Shown: one piece after another, positions 17,274-25,071 of the stretch
How the letters are laid out: each line of letters opens with the position of its first letter
How positions within the stretch are numbered: the stretch's first letter is position 1
Sequence record: NC_048046.1
Length of the DNA stretch: 64,000 bases
Strand: one strand, 5' to 3'
Notes under the pieces: model-generated
What the model was told of the DNA's origin: nothing
The model's database searches: none
What the model saw: the letters and a program-made list of their open reading frames with translations, nothing else
Translations under genes and position numbers: made by a program

Positions 17274-17336
17274 GCCGGGGATAGGGTGGTCGCTCGCCCT
17301 AAACAGTTCGGGTAAGCTCCGGCTGCCCCGGCTCCA
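17274..17336 (+). ncRNA. 63-nt tRNA-like mini RNA
   Basis: 7-bp GCCGGGG/CCCCGGC stem plus T plus CCA; only two internal hairpins, no TTCRA loop. Confidence 0.5.
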
Positions 17337-17343
17337 AGTTTGA

Positions 17344-17420
17344 TGCGGGGTGGAGCAGTCCGGTAGCTCGTTTGGCTCATAACCAAAAGGTCGAGGGTTC
17401 AAATCCCTCCCCCGCATCCA
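17344..17420 (+). tRNA. tRNA-Met (CAT), initiator-like body
   Basis: TGCGGGG/CCCCGCA acceptor, GGAGCAGTCCGGTAGCTC D-arm, loop CTCATAA, GAGGG-TTCAAAT-CCCTC, CCA. Confidence 0.92.
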
Positions 17421-17544
17421 CAAGCTGAAGCTCCGATGGCGGCCCTAGGCCGCAGCTTTACCCGGTCCCACGTCGGACAAGGCCGGGGTCTAGGTGGTGA
17501 GATATGATCGACGCCGGCGGAGCGCCAAGCCACCTTCCGCCACC

Positions 17545-17580
17545 AACGCCGTGTGCGTGACAAGCCTGGAGAGAACGGGC
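17545..17580 (+). ncRNA. repeated RNA module, short copy 5
   Basis: AACGC-CGTGT-GCGTGAC-AA-GCCTG-GAGAGAA-CGGGC. Confidence 0.55.
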
Positions 17581-17610
17581 ACTCCAATCCGGGGTATGAG
17601 GCCGGATGTA

Positions 17611-17656
17611 GCGAACGCCAGCGAGATCGGCGTGACTGGTGGGGGAGAGGACCCAC
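17611..17656 (+). ncRNA. repeated RNA module, copy 6
   Basis: GCGAACGCC-AGCGAGATC-GGCGTGAC-TG-GTGGG-GGAGAGGA-CCCAC. Confidence 0.6.
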
Positions 17657-17739
17657 GCTGATTTTGCTGAACGCACGCTACGGCGTGCGTTTTGCTAATT
17701 CAGCTTCGTCGTGGGGGGTTCGACTCCCCAAGTTCGCGC

Positions 17740-17813
17740 CTCCTAGGGCGTTAGGGCTGCGAGGGACAGCGGCGGATAAACGGGAGTTGCCGGTTCGAGT
17801 CCGGCCTGGGAGG
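17740..17813 (+). ncRNA. tRNA-like element with canonical acceptor and T arms but a non-canonical middle
   Basis: CTCCTAG/CTGGGAG stem, GCCGG-TTCGAGT-CCGGC T-arm; no U33 anticodon loop, no CCA. Confidence 0.5.
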
Positions 17814-17868
17814 GCACTAGGAACCCTGCTGGTGGAGGTAATTGGAGAACCTCGTCCGACCTATTTTT

Positions 17869-17955
17869 GGTGTGGTGGCTCGACAGGTAAGGCGCCGGCC
17901 TCATAAGCCGGAGGGCGAAAGTCCTATGTAGGTTCAAATCCTACCCACACCTCCA
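17869..17955 (+). tRNA. tRNA with CAT anticodon and long variable arm
   Basis: GGTGTGG/CCACACC, U73, CCA; CCGGC-CTCATAA-GCCGG; V-arm AGGGC-GAAA-GTCCT; GTAGG-TTCAAAT-CCTAC. Confidence 0.88.
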
Positions 17956-17978
17956 ACTATGCGACGCCCCAGCGTCCG

Positions 17979-18145
17979 GACGACTCCCTGGTCGGTAACC
18001 ACTCCGCCACAGGGACTCCCAGCCGGGGATAGCATGCCGAGGACGGAAGGCGCATGCCGTGACTGCCGGGAGAGTACGGTATCGAGTGAAAGCCGTGAGG
18101 CAGACCCTAGTTGCTCGACGGGGGTCGTGAGGTGGAAGCCCTCAC
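17979..18145 (+). ncRNA. candidate structured RNA containing module copy 7 (18043-18081)
   Basis: 9-bp long-range helix ACGACTCCC/GGGGGTCGT; ACGG...CCGTGAC-TGCCG-GGAGAGTA-CGGTA; GCC-GTGA-GGC; GTGAGG-TGGAAGC-CCTCAC. Confidence 0.55.
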
Positions 18146-18153
18146 ACCTTCCC

Positions 18154-18402
18154 TTAATTGAACAAAAGCTGCTTGCTGTCGGCACGGAATGCGACGCCGA
18201 GTTCGATCAGGATGCGCTTGATCGTGGCGTAGAAGTTCAGCACAGCACGGTGATCCGAGATCGAACCACCCGTTACCAATGTGCGGGTCTTCCCGGCATG
18301 CTGGACGCGAATCTTGCAGTGCTTGTTGCGCTCGACCTCGAACTCCACGTCGTGGTGCTTGAGGATGCGTTTCGCCATCTCTACGGTGTCGCGGCCAGCC
18401 AT
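18154..18402 (-). CDS. HicA-like small protein (82 aa)
   Basis: helix-three strands-helix pattern with RNKHCKIR, size typical of HicA/dsRBD-fold proteins; no HicB nearby. Confidence 0.45.
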   Translation of the reverse strand: MAGRDTVEMAKRILKHHDVEFEVERNKHCKIRVQHAGKTRTLVTGGSISDHRAVLNFYATIKRILIELGVAFRADSKQLLFN

Positions 18403-18403
18403 G

Positions 18404-20341
18404 TCAGGCTCCCATTGCTTGGTTGATATTGTCTTCCTTTTCCTTCGCTGCCTGTGCGATTCGCGCATCAAGCGAACCGTTGGCGACGAGGAAGTAGGAC
18501 ATGATCTTTTCGGCCGTCTGCCCGATGCGGCAGGCGCGGTCTTCGCACTGCTCGATCATGCTCGGGACCCAATCGCCTTCAGCGAAGGCGACGTCGGCCG
18601 CTCGCGTCAGCGTGAAGCCCACGCCGGCGGCGGCGATGTTTCCGATGAAGAGCCGGCAGGATTCGTCGGTCTGGAACCGATCGACCTGGGCCTGCCGCTT
18701 GTGCATGGGCGTGCCACCCCAGATGACCGCCGGGCACCAATTATCCATCCGCTCGGCGATCGCCTTGACGACGTCGGAGTGATAGGCGAACAGCAGTAGC
18801 TTCTCGCCGCCTTCCAGGAAGTCGGAGACCCAGGGCGTGACACAGGAGAGCTTGGCGATTCCGAGTTCGCGCCGCACGGCCGCCATCTCCTCGAACAGGA
18901 TCGAGACCGCCGGCGGCTCCAGGCCGGCGACGGCAGCGGCGTAGTCGAGGTCCAGGGTGCGCCAGTTAGGGTGGTCTGGGTCCATGTCGGCCGAGAAGCC
19001 GATGCGGGCCGCGTTGTCGATGATCTGGGCGCCGTGGACGATTTCGTCGATGACCTCGCCCTGGCCGAGATGGACCTTCTCATAGAGCTTCAGCATCTGC
19101 GCCAGTTCGTCCTCACGGGCGACTAGGGCGCGGATTTCCGGACTGTCCATCGGCACGACGACGCGGCGCTTAGGCGGTAGTTCAGGTAGCACCTCGCGCT
19201 TCAGACGTCGGACCATGAAGCTGCTGCGCATCTTCTCGCCGAGTTCGACGAGGTTGGTCGCGCCATTAGTCACGAGCGCGCCGTTCTTGCCTCGCATCGG
19301 ATCGTGGTAGGCGCCGCAGTATTTGTAGACGTAGTCGAGGTACTTGGTGCCCAGGCCGTTCGGGTCGAAGGCCTTGACGATCGGCCACAACTCCACAGGC
19401 CGAGACATCATCGGCGTACCGGATAGGAACACACGGCGATTGGCGTCGATCGCCGTATGCCAGACCGACTCCGTCGACAGGCCCTTTGCGGCCCGCTCCT
19501 TCTTCTGCTGCTTAGTGTAGGTCTTCTGACCTCCGAGCACGAACAAGGTTCGGCCGCTCTGATCAGTCTTCAGCGCGTGGCATTCGTCGCAGACGACATA
19601 GTCCCAGGTCCGACTCTTGATCTGGTTGGTGAAACGGTCCAGGATGTCGTAGTTGATGATGACGATGTCGGTATTAGGCCAATAGTCCTTCTGAACCTCA
19701 GCGACTCGATACTTTGGCTTACCCTGAACCTCGACCTTTTTGAACTTAGGCTGACCAGCCTTGGGGCCGGACTTGTAGACGCCGTCTTCGACCTTTTCGT
19801 AAGCTTTTGTGAAGCCGTCCTGAACGCGCTCCACGCGCGATGCCTCGGCGATCCCGAACGTCAGGTTCGGGACCATCCACTTGTCGATCTCACGCTTCCA
19901 GTTGACCTTCAGCGATGCCGGCACGATGAAGATCGCCGAGTTGATCGACGTGTCGGCGTTGAGTACGCCGATCGCCTGGATCGTCTTGCCAAGGCCCGGC
20001 TGATCCGCGATCAGCGTGTCCTTCCGCATCAGCGCGTACTCGATGCCGGCGCGCTGATAGGGGAGGTATTCGAGCCCAGGAGGCGACGGCGGAACGTAGT
20101 CCGTCGTCGCCTTCCACGACATCTCTTCGCTGATCTTGGCGACTTCGAGTGTGTGCTGGACGTGATCTAGTGCTCGCTCGCGCCAGTAGACGCCAGTGAC
20201 CTTTTTAGCGATGTCCAGGCGGTCGGTAACCCAGGCGCGACGAAGCTTCGAGAACGTGAAGCCCGCCTCCTTCCAGAGGTGGCGTTCCTCGTACGTCCCC
20301 ATCCCGTAAAAGAGGTTGTCGCGGAAGTCGATATGGGCCAT
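18404..20341 (-). CDS. SNF2-family helicase
   Basis: DQPGLGKT, VPASL, VCDECH, SGTP, AAGVGFTLT, QCEDRACRIGQ. Confidence 0.93.
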   Translation of the reverse strand: MAHIDFRDNLFYGMGTYEERHLWKEAGFTFSKLRRAWVTDRLDIAKKVTGVYWRERALDHVQHTLEVAKISEEMSWKATTDYVPPSPPGLEYLPYQRAGIEYALMRKDTLIADQPGLGKTIQAIGVLNADTSINSAIFIVPASLKVNWKREIDKWMVPNLTFGIAEASRVERVQDGFTKAYEKVEDGVYKSGPKAGQPKFKKVEVQGKPKYRVAEVQKDYWPNTDIVIINYDILDRFTNQIKSRTWDYVVCDECHALKTDQSGRTLFVLGGQKTYTKQQKKERAAKGLSTESVWHTAIDANRRVFLSGTPMMSRPVELWPIVKAFDPNGLGTKYLDYVYKYCGAYHDPMRGKNGALVTNGATNLVELGEKMRSSFMVRRLKREVLPELPPKRRVVVPMDSPEIRALVAREDELAQMLKLYEKVHLGQGEVIDEIVHGAQIIDNAARIGFSADMDPDHPNWRTLDLDYAAAVAGLEPPAVSILFEEMAAVRRELGIAKLSCVTPWVSDFLEGGEKLLLFAYHSDVVKAIAERMDNWCPAVIWGGTPMHKRQAQVDRFQTDESCRLFIGNIAAAGVGFTLTRAADVAFAEGDWVPSMIEQCEDRACRIGQTAEKIMSYFLVANGSLDARIAQAAKEKEDNINQAMGA

Positions 20342-20344
20342 GCG

Positions 20345-20737
20345 CTAGGCTTGGACCTTCGTACGGTTCTTCTCGCGAATGAGGTCGATCTTCTCCTCGG
20401 CACGAGCCAACTCGTCCAGGCCCAGCGTGAGCCCGTCATAGCCGTAAGCCTCGGCCGCCAGGAGAGTAGCGTTCAGGACGCCGGCGATCTCCTGGTACGG
20501 ACGACCCTTCGGCCGCCCGTACGTGTGGTCGAGTTGCTCCAGCGCCTTGTCGCGAGGAATGCCGGCGGCCTGGGCAAGCTCGATCGCCTCCTCCAGGACG
20601 CGGATGGCGCGGTCCTTGCGACTGAGCAGGGTCTGGCGGCCCAGACAACGCTCCAGCCAGTGGGCCAAGTTCACCTGAAGGCGCGCCTTCACCTCGTTGC
20701 CCAGGTCTTCGCCCGAGCGCTCAACATAGTCGAACAC
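20345..20737 (-). CDS. MazG-like all-alpha NTP pyrophosphohydrolase-family protein
   Basis: RVLEEAIELAQ and QEIAGV pattern; paralog of 52328-52732. Confidence 0.45.
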   Translation of the reverse strand: MFDYVERSGEDLGNEVKARLQVNLAHWLERCLGRQTLLSRKDRAIRVLEEAIELAQAAGIPRDKALEQLDHTYGRPKGRPYQEIAGVLNATLLAAEAYGYDGLTLGLDELARAEEKIDLIREKNRTKVQA

Positions 20738-20749
20738 GAAACGTGACTC

Positions 20750-21958
20750 CTACTGGAACTCGGTGCCGCCCTTGCGGGTCAGGTACGCTTCAGAAACGTG
20801 CTTCAGGATCGGGCGCAGGCGCTTTCCCGAGTCGAGCGTACGCTTGCGCTGATCGCCGGCGGCCGTGACCACCACACCTTCGCGGACGTTCGGGCCATGC
20901 TCTTGATCCATCTTGCGGCCGAGCGTAGTCGTGCCCGACGCCAGCTTGTCGATCACGGTGCGATCGAACGGCCCCTTGTAGAGGACTGGCACGCGGTCGA
21001 CGCCCAGGATGGTGAAGAAGGTTTCCTTGTCGGCGTCGTCCAGATAGACCGTACCGAGGTTATCGGTGATCGCGACGTCGAATGCAGCGAACGCCTTGGT
21101 CGTGAGGCCGTAGTGCAGGTCTTGTACGCCGGCGCCGTAGACCTCGCCCAGCAGGTGGACACGGCAGCCGGGGAACCGGGCCTGGGCCACGGCCTGGAGC
21201 TTGTCGGCCAGGGGCGCGAGGGCCTTGACGTACAGAGTCTTCTCCAGGTTCTTCTCGACGTTGATAAACGTCAGGCCGTCGGCGCCCATACCCTTCGTCG
21301 AGATCGCGACGCGGCCGTCACCGAACAATTCGGGATCGGGCGCGGCGTCATCAACGTGGCTGATGCGAGCCAGAGTACCGTGCAGCTTCTCGGTGACGAC
21401 GACTTCTTCGCCGTCCTCGAACAGGTCCGGGAACGCCTTGATGTTCTCGATGTCGTAGTCCAGACGTGACTCGAAGACGCCCTTCATCAGGCCGTCCATG
21501 CTGGTCGGCACTTCTGGGATGTACTTGGTGATGCCGAAGAACGACGCGACGTCTTCGTACAGCGCGACCTTCTTACGGCCGGCGGGGTAGACGCCTTGAG
21601 CGGCGTCCCCGTAGCCGATCACGGTGCGGCCGTTGACGTCACTGGTCTTCCAGACGAGGCCCTGGCTCAGCACACCACGCAGCGTGATAGCCTTAACGCG
21701 ATTGCCGCGCGTGCCCGCCAGGATGCCGACACCCTTGTCCGCGTTCCAGTAGCCGCGCTCCTGGAGATGCTGGTCCGGAACGACCGCGCCCTCGGGCACA
21801 TAGATGACGCTCTCGCCCTTGGCGTAGCGGTGGGAGCCGTCGGGGTTCTTGTTGGCGATCGCCTCGTAGCCACGAATACGCAGGATCGACAGGCGGTCGG
21901 CATTGGGGTGGTCGTAGACGTCGTCGACCAGCAGGATCGGGACTTCAAAAGTGCTCAT
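20750..21958 (-). CDS. RNA ligase (DRB0094/Rnl2-like) with N-terminal OB domain
   Basis: HPNADRL OB-fold start, TEKLHGT adenylation motif, GEVYG, FDV, REGVVV. Confidence 0.88.
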   Translation of the reverse strand: MSTFEVPILLVDDVYDHPNADRLSILRIRGYEAIANKNPDGSHRYAKGESVIYVPEGAVVPDQHLQERGYWNADKGVGILAGTRGNRVKAITLRGVLSQGLVWKTSDVNGRTVIGYGDAAQGVYPAGRKKVALYEDVASFFGITKYIPEVPTSMDGLMKGVFESRLDYDIENIKAFPDLFEDGEEVVVTEKLHGTLARISHVDDAAPDPELFGDGRVAISTKGMGADGLTFINVEKNLEKTLYVKALAPLADKLQAVAQARFPGCRVHLLGEVYGAGVQDLHYGLTTKAFAAFDVAITDNLGTVYLDDADKETFFTILGVDRVPVLYKGPFDRTVIDKLASGTTTLGRKMDQEHGPNVREGVVVTAAGDQRKRTLDSGKRLRPILKHVSEAYLTRKGGTEFQ

Positions 21959-21987
21959 AGGGTCCTCGGGGTTTTCCCGTGGACCCT

Positions 21988-22023
21988 ATGGTTAACGGCT
22001 AGGCTGTGTCAAGAATTCTGGCG
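21988..22023 (-). promoter_or_regulatory. promoter with CtrA half-site and 17-bp palindrome
   Basis: ATGGTTAAC 21988-21996; TGTCAAGAATTCTGGCG 22007-22023. Confidence 0.6.
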
Positions 22024-22031
22024 CCTCGACG

Positions 22032-22244
22032 TCAGTAGGGCTGGCGCTTCAGCGCCTGAGCGTCGTCCCAGAAGAGGTAGGTGATCAGGACGATCAGCGC
22101 GGGGACGATCCACCAACCCAGCAGGTTGGCGAGTGCGGCCACCAGAGCCCACGACAGAAAGCCGGCAATCACGCCACCGAAGCGGCTCCAGTTGAGCCGC
22201 ACTTCGCCGGCGACTTGAGACATCGAACGCATCGTTTCCTCCAT
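22032..22244 (-). CDS. small membrane protein (70 aa)
   Basis: two hydrophobic helices, coupled to the upstream stop. Confidence 0.55.
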   Translation of the reverse strand: MEETMRSMSQVAGEVRLNWSRFGGVIAGFLSWALVAALANLLGWWIVPALIVLITYLFWDDAQALKRQPY

Positions 22245-22705
22245 TATTGTTCTTCCTTCCGCAACGCCGTACGCAGGGCCGTGAGCCGGCGGCAGAACTC
22301 CGCCTGGGTCAGGACCGTGTCGCGTGGGTCGCGCTTACCGATAGAATGCGTTAGCACCGCATCGCCGGTGGCGAGCAGGGCCTTGCGGAAGCCCTCGTTG
22401 GTGGCCAGCGCCATATAGGCGCGATCCAGTAGGGCTTGATACTCGGGGCCGTGGCGATCGTACTCGACACCATTCCACCACAACTTTTGAGCGCGCTGCC
22501 AGTGCTTGGAGCGGCCGGCGCCGCGCTTCTTCGCCACGAGGCCGACGTTCTTGACGACCTCGCGCTGCATGTGGACCTTGTCGAACTTGAACGCCTGAAG
22601 CAGGCCTTCCATCGACGCGACCTGGAGGCCGTCGAACCAGAAGGGGTGCGGAGCGAAGTTCGAAAGCGCGGATGACGGGTAGCCGCGACCGGAGCCGATA
22701 TCCAT
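22244..22705 (-). CDS. NADAR-family protein (T4 gp30.3-like)
   Basis: YPSSALSNFAPHPF, SMEGLLQAFK, LWWNG, LTHSIG, TVLTQAEF closely follow the gp30.3/NADAR pattern. Confidence 0.82.
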   Translation of the reverse strand: MDIGSGRGYPSSALSNFAPHPFWFDGLQVASMEGLLQAFKFDKVHMQREVVKNVGLVAKKRGAGRSKHWQRAQKLWWNGVEYDRHGPEYQALLDRAYMALATNEGFRKALLATGDAVLTHSIGKRDPRDTVLTQAEFCRRLTALRTALRKEEQ

Positions 22706-23280
22706 TAGTTACCGATCAACGTCTTGCGCACTTCCAGGTGAACCTGTCGGCACATTTCCATATGACTGTGCGAAGGGAATTGCACCGCCGTAGCGTTCGA
22801 CCACGTCACCTTGTTTCCGTCGAGAGTACGGATCAGGTACTGGTTCCCCGTACAGCCCGGCGGACCTCCGTACTGGTCATAACGCTCGCGTAGCCCCCAG
22901 GGCTCTACTGCCAGAAGCTGCCCAACACCGGCCAGATATCGATCGCCAAATATGGCATCAGTGAACAAGACCATAGAGCCTATCTGGTACTGGTCCCTGA
23001 ACATACGCTTTACTTGCCACCAGTTGCCCCAGCGATCGTAGTCCTGATCCAGCGATTCCGCGTAGAGCGCATAGCCTAACGCATGGAGATACCGCGCCTT
23101 CTCCGCCAGCGGCATGCGAGCCAAAGCCTGATCTGAGCGATCCAGTTTCAGAGTATGCACGGCGTCAGCGGCGAACGAGGTAGGCTTCATACCTACCTTT
23201 TTCAGCAGCATCTCCAGGTCCCGGATCGTCTTGACCCAATAGGCGGGTTTGCCTAGGGGTTTCAGCGTCTCTTCAGTCAT
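22705..23280 (-). CDS. hypothetical protein (191 aa), atypically AT-rich codons
   Basis: ORF coupled at both ends; many A/T third positions. Confidence 0.6.
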   Translation of the reverse strand: MTEETLKPLGKPAYWVKTIRDLEMLLKKVGMKPTSFAADAVHTLKLDRSDQALARMPLAEKARYLHALGYALYAESLDQDYDRWGNWWQVKRMFRDQYQIGSMVLFTDAIFGDRYLAGVGQLLAVEPWGLRERYDQYGGPPGCTGNQYLIRTLDGNKVTWSNATAVQFPSHSHMEMCRQVHLEVRKTLIGN

Positions 23281-23546
23281 CGAGTGATTTCCACCGCCGG
23301 CGGGCGCGGGAACGCACGCAGCATGTCGTAGAGTACCGTGGGATGGTAGAGTAGGTAGATGAGGCTGAAGATGCTCGCGATGCAGATCGCGTAAGCGACC
23401 CGCGTCGCCACGGCATCCGAGCCCGTATTGCCGCCAAAGGCCTTCCCCAGCAAAGACATGATGACGCTCGCCACGAACGAGAAGAACGCCAGGATACTGA
23501 GGACGACAAACACGGCGCCGTTCAGATTTGCAGCCCAGAACGGCAT
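23277..23546 (-). CDS. membrane protein (89 aa)
   Basis: two transmembrane-like segments, overlapping stop/start. Confidence 0.55.
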   Translation of the reverse strand: MPFWAANLNGAVFVVLSILAFFSFVASVIMSLLGKAFGGNTGSDAVATRVAYAICIASIFSLIYLLYHPTVLYDMLRAFPRPPAVEITR

Positions 23547-23887
23547 CAGAAGTCGAGCCCCAGGTCTTTACGCTGCTCAGGCGTCAGCGCCGCCATAGCC
23601 GCGCTCTTGGCTTCGGCTTTTTGCCGCCCACGCTGCGCGATCAGATCGATGTTAAGGTCCGAAGCCGGGAAGCCCTTCTCGGCGCCGTCGGCCAATAGGT
23701 AATACCGGCCGTCGACCTTGATCGCGTAGCGTTCGCGCACAGTCCCCATCCCGCCGAAGTAGCCCTTGCCGGTCGCGGCATGGTCAGCCTCGCCCGAGGA
23801 GGCGAAGTAGCCAACCACACCGCCGACGGCGCCCCGGTCATCGACGGTGGTGTAGGTGACGTACAGTCGGACGATCTTCCAATCCAT
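23546..23887 (-). CDS. hypothetical protein (113 aa)
   Basis: operon-coupled ORF. Confidence 0.6.
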   Translation of the reverse strand: MDWKIVRLYVTYTTVDDRGAVGGVVGYFASSGEADHAATGKGYFGGMGTVRERYAIKVDGRYYLLADGAEKGFPASDLNIDLIAQRGRQKAEAKSAAMAALTPEQRKDLGLDF

Positions 23888-24744
23888 CAGCCGACCCCCA
23901 GCGCGTCGAGCAGCAGTTGATTGGCCTCGCGCATGAAGGCCTCGTTCGGAGGCAGCCTGTCGAAGCCCTTATCCTTGACCCAGCCGATCGAAGATTCGAT
24001 GTAGCTGTCCAGCGCCGGGATACGCGTGCCGTGACCGACTTCGCCCATCGTCGCCTTACGGGTCAAGAGCTTCGCGACCTCGTCGCGGGCGATGTTGGGG
24101 ATGATGTCGTGCGACAGTAGCTGCGGCAGGGTCATCGGCGGAACTTCGCCGTAGCGTTGAATCCAGGTGATCGCGCAGGCGCCCCGGATGGCGTAGAGGT
24201 ACTTCTTCAGATTGACGGTGGTGTAGCCCTTGATGGCGACGCCATCGCGCTCAGCCTGGGCGACTACCTCGGCCGACGGACGGTTGCTGATCTCGCCTTG
24301 ATAGCATTGGCGCGTCAGTCCGAAGTAGTGACGGGCGCTGGCCTCGGGGCTGGAGTTGCGCTTGATCAGGTCGCGCAGCTTGTATGGCAGCGGACCGTGT
24401 TCACGGTAGATCAGCGGGCTGGAGAGCCACTCGGCAACCGTGGCATTGCCCTTGACGAGCAGGTCCAGGGCCTTGCGCAGGTCCCAGCCGTTCAGGTCCC
24501 AGACGCCTTCTATCGGGCGCTCGATCACGTCGCGGGGCGTCGACAGGCCCAGGTAGTGAGAGAGCGGGCGGACATAGAAGAAGCGAACGTCGTTGTCGCT
24601 GTCCGGCGACGGGAAGCCCCAGGCTCGCGAGCCGCTCTCCACCGCGAACACGATGGTGACGTTGTCTTCGGCCTCGACGCGGCCCAGGCGGTTGTTGGCC
24701 TCGCCGTAGACATCCAGCGGCAGAGTGGGGGCGGTGAACGACAT
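23887..24744 (-). CDS. DNA pol beta-superfamily nucleotidyltransferase (YcgL/RlaP family)
   Basis: AVESGSRAWGFPSPDSDNDVRF, GWDLRKAL, EWLSSPLIY, KKYLY. Confidence 0.88.
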   Translation of the reverse strand: MSFTAPTLPLDVYGEANNRLGRVEAEDNVTIVFAVESGSRAWGFPSPDSDNDVRFFYVRPLSHYLGLSTPRDVIERPIEGVWDLNGWDLRKALDLLVKGNATVAEWLSSPLIYREHGPLPYKLRDLIKRNSSPEASARHYFGLTRQCYQGEISNRPSAEVVAQAERDGVAIKGYTTVNLKKYLYAIRGACAITWIQRYGEVPPMTLPQLLSHDIIPNIARDEVAKLLTRKATMGEVGHGTRIPALDSYIESSIGWVKDKGFDRLPPNEAFMREANQLLLDALGVG

Positions 24745-24825
24745 AGGGCTCCTCTCGTCAATCTGGACGGCAGTTACCCGCAGTCCCTGCCGGCTGTCAA
24801 CTCTCGTTGTCTAGGCTCTGCGGCA

Positions 24826-25071
24826 TTATGGAGCGGCATCCGCCGGAAAGTTCCGACCCTCGGGCCAGACCGCAGGCACAGCGACCGGCGTTAGGTCGTA
24901 TTCGCGTAGGATCGCTCCGGCGGCCTGGAGTGCGAGGCTCTTGTCGTCGGCAGACGCGCGTTCCCAGCGCTTCTGGCGCAGTTCGTCCAGGGTCCAATTC
25001 GTCCCAGGCGGCAGCGGCAAATAAGGGCCGAGCACCGCTCGCGCCACCTTCATCTTCAGGTCTTCGTTCAC
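24826..25071 (-). CDS. hypothetical protein (about 81 aa, GTG start)
   Basis: GTGA overlap with the upstream stop. Confidence 0.5.
   Translation of the reverse strand: MNEDLKMKVARAVLGPYLPLPPGTNWTLDELRQKRWERASADDKSLALQAAGAILREYDLTPVAVPAVWPEGRNFPADAAP

Noticed and set aside
17740-17813. tRNA-Sec or a UGA suppressor explaining the in-frame stop at 42850
   Set aside because: No UCA anticodon loop, no long V-arm or Sec D-arm; no selAB/selD in the window
15759-17937. Minus-strand ORFs across the RNA island (15759-16097, 16361-16699, 16781-17245, 17001-17423, 17743-17937)
   Set aside because: They are antisense translations of the tRNAs, tmRNA and the plus-strand gene; no RBS or coding bias
8123-20341. 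Inteins or introns in PolA and the SNF2 helicase (both have insertions)
   Set aside because: Insertions are short, with no C/S...HN splice motifs or LAGLIDADG/HNH domains, and frames are continuous
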